NCBI RefSeq assembly: GCF_001194135.2
Contig: NC_068990.1
Location: 37,085,249 to 37,149,248 of the forward strand
DNA length: 64,000 bases
Source of the DNA: Octopus bimaculoides
Taxonomy: Eukaryota
Direction of reading: 5' to 3'
A program made the position numbers and the translations under genes. The notes under the pieces were generated by a model that made no database searches, was not told the origin of the DNA, and was given only the letters and a program-made list of their open reading frames with translations. This document shows, one piece after another, positions 34,488 to 47,210 of this stretch (within the stretch, counting starts at the first letter, position 1; every line of letters starts with the position of its first letter).

Positions 34488-35591
34488 TGTTGTTGTTGTT
34501 GTTAAAACAGTGGCTTGGCACAATAATTAGAGGTTTCAGCCAAAGGGCTTGCCGTATTTCTTCTAGATGTTTATGTTCAGAGTTCAAATCCTGTTGAGAT
34601 TAACTTTGCCTTTCCTCCAATATAATAAAGTACCACTCAGTAATGTGATCGTTGCATCAAATAAACCCCTACTTCCAAAATCGTTAACCCTGTACCTAAA
34701 ATAGAAACAGTTATTTTTATCATTGTTATAATTATCATTTGGTCAGTGGATAGCCAAATTCATTAGAGTATTAGAAAAAAAGTCTTTGGGTTATTTTTCC
34801 AGCACTTTATATTCTGAGTTCAAATATCATCTAGGTCAAATTTGCCTTTCATTCCTCCAGGGCCAACACAATAAAATAATGGTCAAGTACTGGATTGGAC
34901 ATAATCGATGAACACTCAACCACTACCACCACCATCTGCCTTTTCATCTTCATCACCACTATCATCACAATCATCATCATTTGTGGCATTATATATTTCT
35001 CTGTTTCATAGGCCTCTAGTTCTATATCACTGGAGCTAGAGGTTATGCAAATAAATTGGATAAAATAAAAGAAACAAAAAAAAAGTGAGAAGATATAAAT
35101 ATCGTACAGACTACAAACATACAGTATAAGAATTTAATATATATGTATCATTCTGTGATTCCTGTTTAGAAATTCATTGAATTTGTGCAATATGATTTGG
35201 AAATATTACTTAATTCTTCTTTGACATCAAACTTTTATATGTTGGTATATTTTTGTAAATATTATCCTTGTTATTCTAATTCTTCTTTTGTTATTTTTGT
35301 TTGTGTTTTCTCATCTTTCTTTTTTTGTGCCATTCCATCAATTTTTTGTTTGCTTTTATGCATGTATGTGCATGTGTATACGTGTGTGATGTGTGTGTGT
35401 ATCTATTATTAATCATCTTCCACAACATCTCTTTCACTTTGTGTCAAAAATTGGACACAGCTACAAGAACTGATATACANNNNNNNNNNNNNNNNNNNNN
35501 NNNNNNNNNNNNNNNNNNNNNNNNNNNNNNNNNNNNNNNNNNNNNNNNNNNNNNNNNNNNNNNNNNNNNNNNNNNNNNNNNNNNNNNNNNN

Positions 35592-35634
<43 letters not shown>

Positions 35635-36037
35635 GTGTGTGTGTGTGTATGTATGTATATATACAGATTATCATACACACACTAACACATATACATACAT
35701 CCACGTTATCATTGCTTCATGTGGGCCTTTCATGCTGACATGAGTTAGTAGGGTTATCACAGTCAGTGTCAGTACACATTCATAAGTGCCCATCATTTAG
35801 ATGGGTTGACAGAGGCAGTTTCTTGCATGCATTTCATTTGGGAGTGAGATTCTTATGGTAAATACCATTCCTAACACCAACCAAATACTGGGTGGTTTCT
35901 TTTTTTCTCATGGTACATTACTATGAAATTCTCATGTTCATTATAAGACTAATGATTTGTAAAACTTTTCACTTTACAGAGTGAGAATTATGAGTGAAAG
36001 AAGCATGAATAATAGGATGAGAAATAGGATTAGCCAG

Positions 36038-36080
<43 letters not shown>

Positions 36081-36379
36081 AAATAAGCAATAGGATATCA
36101 AGTAATAATGCAGTATGACTGTTTCAAGCAGCTCCGTTTAATTGAAAAATGCAGTCATTAATTCAATTTAAATGCTGTGCTATCTTCAGCTGCACAAAAT
36201 ATAGAATTTTTTTAACAAGTAGGACACATTAATATAATTCTTCTTTCATATTTTAACAGAGTAAGAAGATGGAAGAAATTCATGTTGTCACTATTGTAGC
36301 AAAGTGGTTAAGAATAGACAACAATTTCTTAGAATCGCATGGAACACACACACACACACACATAGATATATATATATAC

Positions 36380-36546
36380 CGGAGTAAGCATATAAATGTG
36401 AAACAAGGTACAAAAAAGTGTACCAGGGGTAGAGTAATACAGTTTATTTAAAAGCAGCAGAAATATAACAAAATGCTGTTACTCAGAGTTTCACATTCCC
36501 GTTCATCGGACAGTTTTGTTAACAAAACTGTCCGATGAATGGGAAC
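36380..36546 (-). mobile_element. Penelope-like hammerhead mini-element with short inverted duplication
   Basis: Minus strand: hammerhead, then AATAAA, then 3' end near 36380; 36496-36545 is a loop-less 50-bp palindrome centred on GTTAAC. Confidence 0.75.
36476..36513 (-). ncRNA. Minimal type-I hammerhead ribozyme motif (U4C core variant)
   Basis: CUGU-CCGAUGA-ACG(GGAA)UGU-GAAA-CUC(U)GAG-UA-ACAG: stem I CUGU/ACAG, stem II 3 bp, palindromic stem III, GUA cleavage triplet. Confidence 0.7.
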
Positions 36547-36919
36547 AGGTATATGAACTCATCAATTCATGGCAATTAATTAAGAATTGAGAGATTATAT
36601 ACAGGTGCAAGCTTGGAGGTGAGATTAAGAAGTTCAGTTTGCAACTATCTAGTTTCAGATTCTAACCTGAATCTGAAACTTGGACAAGTACCTTCCACAA
36701 TAGCTCTAAGCTGACTGATGTTTTCTGAGTGCATTTGGTATGTAGAAATTTTATGGAAACCTATAACATATGAATGCTTGTACTTATGCTTGTGTTTGTC
36801 GCCCAATCGCTTAGCAACTAGTTTTGGTTTGTTTGTTTCTATAACTTGTTTGTTTCCATAACTTGATAATGAAAGAAGAGACTGATGCAGTAAGTCACAC
36901 GTGATCTCGTGACCAACCA

Positions 36920-37160
36920 AGCTATAAGATGTTATGCATCACTGATTACAATGCACTTTTGCATTGTTTTAGCCTTCAAATGATGCCACCCTGCTGGTTA
37001 GGGGAGCAGGCCAACAACAATCCCCACCCTGATTGAAGAGGGATTAGAGCAATGTGAAATGAAGTATTTTGTTCAAGAGCACAATGTGCCACCCAGTCAG
37101 GGTATTGAACCCACGATCTAGCAATCATTAGTGCAACAGCCTAACCACCAGGTCACACGC
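36920..37160 (-). mobile_element. Family F-like tRNA SINE
   Basis: gaaatgaagtattttgttcaagagcacaa...attgaacccacgatc...ctaaccacc. Confidence 0.65.
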
Positions 37161-38192
37161 TTTCACGATACAGTAAATACCAGACTTAAAATAAGAACTG
37201 GCATCGACTTATTTCACTAAACAAGGTGGTGCTTCCAGCATGACCACAGACCAATGACAATAAAAAGTAAAAACAAAAACCAGCAACAATTCCACTCGTA
37301 CTTCAACATTGTGCTCACTCCATCAATGGCAAACCCCACCGATCAGCAGAACTATATGTAACAAGTTCACTATAACAAGGACCTAACTTTTAAACACTGT
37401 TGGCACTCACAGAACATTTGTAATTAGACTAGAGTTAGGTTGGATCCTTTATAATTTATCTTTACCATAGTCTATAGATTTTCCCATAAATATTTGAAAT
37501 ACAACCATCAGTCGATAAACGACAAGAATTTTCTGTCCCTCACTTTTTTATGTGTTTTTTATTTTAGTTTATTTGTGATATTTTTTTTTCCTTACATCGG
37601 TTTTGGTAATTTACTTGCACTTCCATTTTACTGATCAAACTTTCAATACGGTCTCCGCCTCTCATGTTTTTCATTCGTTTTATTGTATTTCTTCTGTATA
37701 TTCAGTATTATAGGATCACACATACACACACATACACACACACACATCTACAAAGATAAAATCACACTCGTAAATATTGTTTTACATGTACATACACATG
37801 CCCAGGCAGAAGCACAAGCATATGCACACTCACACACACTCACACACACACTCACACGCACACTCACACGCACACAGCCCAAACTACAAATTAGCGTACC
37901 CACAGAGACATACATAGACATAAAAAATACATTTATAAGTTCACACAGACATGTGATTATACAAATACACACATACACACACATACACCTATATGTGTGA
38001 GTGTACATGTGCATAGTGCTTGCATGTGTGTGACTGTGTGTGGACATATATGTACATAAGTATATATATATATATATATATATATACAAACATATATACA
38101 TACACAAACACAAATACATATGTAAAAAGTGAAACTAAATACATATATGCATATATATACATACATATATACACATATATACACATATATAT

Positions 38193-38225
<33 letters not shown>

Positions 38226-38513
38226 AACATACATACATATATATGTATGAATATATAGCTTCACTGGAGAGTATATAAACAAGAGGGTACTCAATACATC
38301 CAGTAAAATTTATATTATTTATTGGGGCATTTAAAGTCGAAGTTTCACTCTCATGAAACTCTACAATAAATCATGTGTGAGCGTATGTGTTTGTAAACGT
38401 GTGTATATATGTTTGCTTGTATGTGAGAATGTGAATGCCTCGTATATGCTAGTGTAATCACAAACATACATGCATGGACACACCTATGTATATATGTATA
38501 CATATATATATGT

Positions 38514-38559
<46 letters not shown>

Positions 38560-38571
38560 TTATGTGTGTGC

Positions 38572-38608
<37 letters not shown>

Positions 38609-39076
38609 CATATATGCTTTCTTTACAACACATAAAATATGTAGGAACAAAATGGAGAGATTTACATAGTTAAGATCTCTTTTTCACAAGCTCGCACATG
38701 CACACACACACATGCACATGTGTGGGTGTATACTTGCATCTATGTAGAGGCTTGTATGTAGGTGTGAGTGTATGTTTGTGTGTGTCAGGGTTTAACTATG
38801 TAAATTTTATCCACTTTGCTCCTCTCTATATTTTATGCTTTCTAAGGTCCATTGCAGGGCAATGCAGTCTTCATTTACTGACAGTTTCTGTACTGACTTT
38901 TTATATCTCAGCAGCATATAGAATTTTATTCTATTTCTTTATTTTCGTGCTTGAACACACCTATAAATACACCTATACACATATCTATTTATCTATGTAT
39001 CTCTCTATCTCTCTCTCTCTTTTACTCTTTCTCTGTATATATATAAATGTAGTACTTCTCTATCTATCAATCTAGC

Positions 39077-39136
<60 letters not shown>

Positions 39137-39175
39137 ATATCTATCTGGCTATCTACCTATTACTCTTTACTATCT

Positions 39176-39555
39176 CTTTTACTCTTTTACTTGTTTCAGT
39201 TTTTGACTGTGGCCATGCTGGAGCACCGCCTTTAGTCAAGCAAATCAACCCCAGGATTTATTCTTTAGAAGCCTAACACTTATTCTATCGGTCTCTTTTG
39301 CTGAACCGCTAAGTTATGGGGACGTAAACACACCACCATCAGTTGTCAAGTGATGTTGGGGGGGACAAACACAGACACACAAACACATATACATATATAC
39401 GACGGGCTTCTTTCAGTTTCCGTCTACCAAATCCACTCACAAGGTTTTGGTCGGCCCGAGGCTATAGTAGAAGACACTTACCCAAGATGCCACGCAGTGG
39501 GACTGAACCCAGAACCATGTGGTTGGTAAGCAAGCTACTTACCCCACAGCCACTC
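39176..39555 (-). mobile_element. SINE family B
   Basis: Full reverse-complement match. Confidence 0.9.
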
Positions 39556-39834
39556 ATAATTTTACTTGTCTCAGTCATTTTGACTGCGGGCATGCTGTCG
39601 CATCACCTTTCAGTTGAAGTTATCGACCTCTGAACTTATTCTTCGTAAGTCTGTGTGTGAGTGTGTCCGTGAATGTATGTGTGTGCTTACACTAGTGTGT
39701 ATGAGGCATTCACATTCCCACATACAAACAGACACATATATACACGTTTACAAACACATACGCTCACACATGATTTATTGCAGAGTTTCATGAGAGTGAA
39801 ACTTCTTCTTTAATTGCCTCAATAAATAATATCG

Positions 39835-40118
39835 GTTTTGTTTGTCGAACTGCTAAGTTATGGGGACATAAACGCATCAACATCAGTTGTCAAGCGACGG
39901 TGGGGGAACAAACACAGACACAAACAAGCAAATATATATATATACTTATATATACAACAGGATTCTTTCAGTTTCTGTCTACCAAATCCAATCACAAGGC
40001 TTTGGTTGGCCCTTGACTGTAATAGAAGACACTTGACCAAGGTGCCACAAAGTGGGAATGAACCCGGAAGCATGCAGTTGGGAAGCAAGCTTCTTACCAC
40101 ATAGCCACACCTGGGCCT
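39835..40118 (-). mobile_element. SINE family B (3'-truncated)
   Basis: Reverse-complement head and body. Confidence 0.85.
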
Positions 40119-40123
40119 ATGAT

Positions 40124-40181
<58 letters not shown>

Positions 40182-40876
40182 TCACCATCATCAATGGTTT
40201 GGCATCCACTTTTCCATTCTCAATAGTTGTGGTTCAAATATTTTGAGACATATTTTCTATGGCTAGATGTTTTTTCATTCACTAAACCTATCTTTTTTTA
40301 AGTTAGGCTATATTAGCTGCTGAAGGCCAACCATGTTTATTCAGATTATTGGAAATGAGTGACACTGCATGAATGATAATGACAAGTGTTTTTGCAACTA
40401 TCACAAGAGGTAAAGACAAGAAGGCAAAACAACATATGTGACTCAAACATATCTGTGTATTTTTGCAAAACTGGATATCTGCTTCGTCTAAAATTTGTAT
40501 GTTTATATGATAAAGAATTTGATATAATGACTAATTTTGGTATCTGACTTTAATTAAAGATTTATGTCTTGTTGAAGTTAGATTTGTCATGCTCTTCCTC
40601 AACCCCTTTAATTCTTGATATCGTTTCTATTCTGTGTAAGTCGGACCTTTTTGTATGTAAACATATACACATTTTTTGTATCTAATATTCTTTGTACGTC
40701 AACCAACCTAACTTGCTTACCCTTATATTTACTCCTATATATATACAGATATGTACCATTCAGACATCGAGGATGTAACTTCCTCATAAGGGATTTAAAA
40801 ACAAAATCTGTATACCAACTGGTATTATCAAACGTATTGAAAGAAAGTGCTACAATATATATGGATAAACTGTCCA

Positions 40877-43166
40877 ATAATGTGTTAAGTTATTAAAAGA
40901 AAACGGAGAAGAAATATAGTGGATACTTTGTTAATTCTATTTGTATCACAATGAAAAAAAGTAATACGTATAAGATTTGAGATTTAAAGGAACAATATTA
41001 ACAAAAGAAATAAACAGAAAAGAATCCTACATATGTTTCAATCCGGCCATTAGGTTCAGAGCATCACCATTCAAGCTATGTTAGATGTAAAATAACTCCA
41101 TACTATGTCTGGATATCATCAGGGAGGATACTTACTTTCTGATGGTGAGCAACAAAATAACTAAGATCAAGACAGTATTTTCAAATATTCAAATAACGTA
41201 AACAATAATTTATTAGGACTCTGAGGTCAAGTGGGGAGATATTATCTTAAGAAATCTTGCTAAAATACTATAATGTATTTGAAAAATAGACTTATAAGTG
41301 TTAAGGGACATAAAGTAGTAATTTAATTAGAAGATGGGTTGTTATAGGCTGTTAAGTGTATTGAAAACAAATCGAGAGACGAAATAGATTTTAGAGGGGT
41401 AAAAATAAACAAAGGATTTGGGAAATAAAAGAGAAAAATGATTCAATATCATATACTAAAATAACTATTAATTATTTAGCATTTCAATGTACTAATGTAT
41501 ACATTTCATTATTCAGAGAAAAGTTATTGTTTACATATTTCGGAGAGGAATTTAAATATTTATGTGAAAAAATATATAAGTAAGGATATAGAGAGAAAAA
41601 TAGATTTTACAATGGGGGTAAAAATAATGAAATGTGACAAAATGGGAGAAAAGTGGGAGAAGAAACACATGTAATGTTTTATGTGGGGTAGAAGATACAA
41701 AAAAGATTAAGAAATAAAGAAGAAAAAAGGGAAAAGTTATTTTATATTGTATACTATGATACTATTTTAGAAAGTAATTCGGAGAAAAGTTATAAAAACT
41801 ATTATTATTTAGCATTTCAATGGACTACATTATACTTTCCATTGTTCAAAGAAAAAGTATAAAAAAATTATAGTGCACTTACTTGTAAGAGGAATTTACA
41901 TTTTTATGTGAAAAAAATTTTTAAATATGAGGTAGTTTATAATCTGTTATATTTTTCTAAAGTATAATTGTAATAACTAGTAATTTCCTTTTGTTTGTGT
42001 GGTTAAATTTTTTTTTCTCTAGGGTTTTATTATGATGAAAAAATTATCATTTGTTTTACTAGAGAATTATATTTATAAGATTTGTGNNNNNNNNNNNNNN
42101 NNNNNNATATACACATGCAAAGTTTTTCAGGTGCATATGTAGATAGATTAAAAGTTTCAATAGATGTTGATATTAGTTTATGAGATTTTATAAAATAAAA
42201 GATAAAAAGTCCTAGTAATAGCATTTGCAAAAGTGTATGGGTTATATGGAAAAAATATAAATAGAGGGTTATTAAATAAATTACTGGAAAAAAAAAGGTT
42301 ATTATAACTGTTGTAACTGTATAAAAGTGGAATGTATGCATATTCCATTTAACAATGAAATAGGTATTATAGATTATTGTATAAAGTTGTGATAAGTTGG
42401 TATTAGAGTTTTTGAATATTATAATTTACAACTTGAGAGATCTATGGAATAAATTTATACTAATATTATGGTATTAATTGTGGTTTATATGCTTGTCATC
42501 ATTGTTTTAATAAATAAGTATGCTAATATCATGGGTTTAAAATGTAGGTTATATGGGTTTCCTTAATATGGAGAAGTATAAATGGTGGATTATTGAAAAT
42601 GCATCAGAGAACTAATATATAATTTATAATTTCAATGTTGGTATGTATATACTGATATGGAGTAAAAAGTATTGCAATTGGCTAATTTGTCTTTAATACT
42701 CTTAACAGCTCATATCAGCCAATATTCTAATTAAATGACTACTTTATGTCCCTTAACACTTATAAGTCTATTTTTCAAATACATCATAGTATTTTAGCAA
42801 GGTTTCATTAGATAACATCTCCCCACATGACCTTTGTGTCCTAATAAATTATTGTTTACGTTATTTAAATATTTGAAAATATGGTCCTTGTTGCTCACTA
42901 CCAGAAAGTAAACATCCTCCCTAATGATATCCAGACATAATATGGAGTTATTTTACGTCTAACATCACTTGAATGGTGATGATATGAACCTAATGGCCGG
43001 ATTGAAACATATGTAGGGATTCTTTTCTGTTTATTTCTTCTGTTGATTTGGTTCCTTTACATCCTGAATCTTATATGTATTACATTTTCCATCATGATAC
43101 AAATAAAATTAACTAAGTATCCACTATATTTCTTCTCCATTTTCTTTTATCAACTTTAGACATTAT
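40877..43166 (-). mobile_element. Decayed Penelope-like element with ~490-bp inverted pseudo-LTRs
   Basis: 40877-41372 is an inverted match to 42685-43166. Minus-strand FSDAFSIIHHLYFSILRKP (RKP at ~42555) ...NISINLFHRSLKL (~42430-42465) resembles the PLE RT thumb (FLD...FSIYRKP...LFxRA). Arms end with GAAACATATGTA; the right arm has AATAAA. Confidence 0.65.
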
Positions 43167-43169
43167 ACA

Positions 43170-43205
<36 letters not shown>

Positions 43206-43222
43206 TATATATNNNNNNNNNN

Positions 43223-43261
<39 letters not shown>

Positions 43262-43337
43262 CCCATACATATTTGTATGTATATCTACACATATACATAT
43301 ATATGTGTATTTGTGTGTGTGTGTGTGTGTGTATACA

Positions 43338-43715
43338 CAGTGGCAGCTTTATCTCGTATCGAAGTGTTTACTGAATTCTTCCTTTATGGTGAGGTTGTTG
43401 ATGTCTCTGTTGACCAATTCTTGCAAAGAATAGTCGATGGTATTAACTGCATAGCAATGTGGACAATGAGCTTCATTTTGTCAAGCCTTTCTCTCCTGAC
43501 AGTTGCTTTCTTCCTTTTCTCTTCTGATGGCTCCAGAGATTTTATTTCTGATGGTGACGGGATGCTGCCACTTGGTATGGTTTCCAGCTTCTGTCTCAAA
43601 TGATTTAGGCTCAATTCCAGTGGATTTTAGTGTTGCTTTGAGTTGTTCCTTGTATCTTTGATGAGAACAACCCTGTGGTCTTTTTCCTGAAGTGAGCTCA
43701 CTGAATAAGACCAAT
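43338..43715 (-). mobile_element. RTE (BovB-like) LINE 3' fragment
   Basis: VLFSELTSGKRPQGCSHQRYKEQLKATLKSTGIEPKSFETEA...KW, then CPHC. Confidence 0.85.
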
Positions 43716-44637
43716 AATGTATTGTACCACAAATATAAAGATACATTTTCAATGTATAAATACTTATAGAACACCATATATAGGACAAAATCCTTACAGA
43801 GCAGAGAAATCTGTCAGCAACCAGCCATATATATATATATATATATATTTATCATTTTATTTGTTTCAGTCATTTGATTGCGGCCATGCTGGAGCACCAC
43901 CTTTCGTCAAAGAAATCGACCCCAGGACTTTTTCTATCAGGCTCTGTGTTAATCTGAGGTCAGCCTTGATCCAGCAGACCTATTATTTATGACATTTTCA
44001 CTCATCTCTATTCTATTTTTTTCTCTTATCAGTAAATATCTAGAACTAGAGTATTTAGTGTGTTATTCCTTTCTAAGACAGTAGTGTATAACTTGAATAA
44101 GTTTTGGTTTCTCTATATTGTGTGTTGAAAAACCAAGTCCAATCTTCTTTCTTGATATTATTGACTAAAATCATCCTTAACGTCTGTGGCCCAGCATGAT
44201 GCCTGTCCAGTGTTTTGAAACTAATAGAAGAAAAATGGAAAAGATTATACTAAAGAAGCAGGTTTGTCTAATGACCAATATATTTACATATTAATGACAT
44301 TTTCGTGAACTGTGTTATATTGCCATGGCAATGTTGTTTCTTTTCAGCTACAATGGTTGAGAGGTTATGATTTCTATATATATATTGATCATTACTATGT
44401 CTTGTAAATGAACTGAAGATGAAATAATATTAGTTAGTTTTAACAACATCCATTCCACCATTATTTTCAAAAACTGTGAAGATTGTCTGATATGATTGGA
44501 TTTATTTCACTTTTTATCACTTATAAATTTTTAGAAACATATAAAAAATTTCGTTTACTTATTGCATTGGTAATCTCAGATAACTGAAATATTTTTTCAC
44601 TCGTTACATGTGAGTCTCTATGGTTTATATAAGACAT

Positions 44638-45055
44638 ACTCTTTTACTCTTTTACTTGTTTCAGTCATCTGACTGTGGCCATGCTGGAGCACCGCCCTTA
44701 GTCGAGCAAATCGTCCCCAGGACTTATTCTTTGGAAGCCTAGTACTTATTCTATCGGTCTCTTTTGCTGAACCGCTAAGTTACGGGGACATAAACACACC
44801 ACTATCAATTGTCAAGCGATGTTAGTGGACAAACACAGACACAGACACACAAGCACACACACACACATATATATATATACATTTATACGACGGGCTTCTT
44901 TCAGTTTCCGTCTACCAAATCCATTTACAAAGCTTTGGTCGGCCCGAGGCTATAGTATAAAACACTTACCAAAGGTGCCACGCAGTGGGACTGAACCCAG
45001 AACCATGTGGTTTGTAAGCAAGCTACTTACCACACAGTTACTCCTACGCCTATGT
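44638..45055 (-). mobile_element. SINE family B
   Basis: Full reverse-complement match, CpG-retaining. Confidence 0.92.
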
Positions 45056-45399
45056 AGAAGATTCATCAACTTTTAGAAGTTTTTTCTGTGACTATAACCC
45101 TGAAATATTTATTATTCTTGACACTTAAAACATTATTTTCTTGTGTGAAGAAAATAACAAATTTCAAAACCTAAACAAACACTAGGGATTCTTTGTTTCA
45201 AAATTATTACATGCAAGAAATTGTGAAATTCAAAAGAAATGTGATATAGTAGCAATAATAATACATAAAAATAGATGCAACACAAATGTATTTGCTATGT
45301 AAAAATAGAAAGCTATCGACATTTTGAGGTGGTCCTATGCATAAGAATCTTCTCCAGTGCCCTATATACAACCTGTGAGGGACTGTTCCCTCCTCTGAC

Positions 45400-45585
45400 A
45401 CTATTAAATAGAACTTTAACTACCATGACTTTGGAACTTTGGCTGCCATGACTAACTTTGGATGAAACCTGGAGTGGTTTTCCATTGCCTTCTCCAGGCA
45501 GGTGGGATTTGAACTCAGAATGTAGAGAACCAGAAGATGGCATGTAAAGCATTTCTACCAATGTGCCAATGACTCTGCCACTCTC
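45400..45585 (-). mobile_element. Chimeric SINE: family-A-type head plus Bov-A/RTE motif
   Basis: Minus: gtggcagagtcatt...gagttcaaatccc then GGAGAAGGCAATGGAAAACCACTCCAG (45469-45495). Confidence 0.7.
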
Positions 45586-45589
45586 ACAC

Positions 45590-45712
45590 CTGCAGAGTAA
45601 CGTGAAGTATTTTGCTCAAGAACACAACACACCACCTAGTCTGGGAATCAAAGACATGATCCAGGTATTGTGAATGCAACACCCTAACCACTAGGCCATG
45701 CACCCTCCATCA
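45590..45712 (-). mobile_element. Family F-like SINE head
   Basis: ccctaaccactaggccatgcaccctcca = reverse complement of an A-box head. Confidence 0.7.
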
Positions 45713-45825
45713 CACACACTAACCAAAAGAAATATAATATATGTATTTATGTACATTTGAATGTGTTTACATGATACCTGTATCATGTGCATTTTACCTA
45801 AGTGCCAACGATACATCTGCATCAA

Positions 45826-46037
45826 GGCAGCGAGCTGGCAGAAATGTTAGCATGCCGGGCAAAATGATTAGCAGTATTTCATCTTTCTTTACGTTCTGAG
45901 TTCAAATTCCACTGAGGTCGATTTTGCCTTTTGTTCTTTTGAGATCGATAAATTAAGTACCAGTTGTGTACTGGGGTCAATCTAATCGACTGCCCCCTCC
46001 CCAAAAATTTCGGGCCTTGTGCCTAGAGTAGAAAAGA
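45826..46037 (+). mobile_element. SINE family A
   Basis: Head, B-box, body and variant tail. Confidence 0.9.
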
Positions 46038-47029
46038 ACACTACATATGTATATCTATTTATGTATATTCCTCCTCTCTCTCTTTCTCTCTCTCTGTATA
46101 TGTGTGTTCATGTATATNNNNNNNNNNNNNNNNNNNNNNNNNNNNNNNNNNNNNNNNNNNNNNNNNNNNNNNNNNNNNNNNNNNNNNNNNNNNNNNNNNN
46201 NNNNNNNNNNNNNNNNNNNNNNNNNNNNNNNNNNNNNNNNNNNNNNNNNNNNNNNNNNNNNNNNNNNNNNNNNNNNNNNNNNNNNNNNNNNNNNNNNNNN
46301 NNNNNNNNNNNNNNNNNNNNNNNNNNNNNNNNNNNNNNNNNNNNNNNNNNNNNNNNNNNNNNNNNNNNNNNNNNNNNNNNNNNNNNNNNNNNNNNNNNNN
46401 NNNNNNNNNNNNNNNNNNNNNNNNNNNNNNNNNNNNNNNNNNNNNNNNNNNNNNNNNNNNNNNNNNNNNNNNNNNNNNNNNNNNNNNNNNNNNNNNNNNN
46501 NNNNNNNNNNNNNNNNNNNNNNNNNNNNNNNNNNNNNNNNNNNNNNNNNNNNNNNNNNNNNNNNNNNNNNNNNNNNNNNNNNNNNNNNNNNNNNNNNNNN
46601 NNNNNNNNNNNNNNNNNNNNNNNNNNNNNNNNNNNNNNNNNNNNNNNNNNNNNNNNNNNNNNNNNNNNNNNNNNNNNNNNNNNNNNNNNNNNNNNNNNNN
46701 NNNNNNNNNNNNNNNNNNNNNNNNNNNNNNNNNNNNNNNNNNNNNNNNNNNNNNNNNNNNNNNNNNNNNNNNNNNNNNNNNNNNNNNNNNNNNNNNNNNN
46801 NNNNNNNNNNNNNNNNNNNNNNNNNNNNNNNNNNNNCCCTCACGCTCGCACATATGCTCAGAGAATCACAATTGTACGTATGTATGACTGAAAAGCCTAG
46901 CTGACTTAGTTTGTTACTGTATTGCATATAATATTACGGACTGAGAAAGAATATATTAAATGGAAGTGATTGCAAAAAGAACTGTCAAACATGAGCCATA
47001 AGCTTAATAATAATCATAACAAAAATAAC

Positions 47030-47165
47030 AGCTACAATAAAAACAGCATTAGTAATATTGACATTACAAACAATAATAATAATAATAATAACAATAATAA
47101 TAATAATAACAATGATAGCAATAACAACAATAATAACAATAACAATGATAACAATAACAATAATG

Positions 47166-47197
<32 letters not shown>

Positions 47198-47210
47198 GAT
47201 AATAATAAAT
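47030..47210. repeat. (AAT/AAC)n microsatellite
   Basis: Directly visible; source of the poly-N ORF. Confidence 0.95.

Noticed and set aside
40600-43166. Mitochondrial insertion (NUMT) or control region
   Set aside because: AT-richness suggested it, but no mitochondrial gene, tRNA or rRNA motif was found. The inverted arms and RT-thumb relic fit a PLE better.
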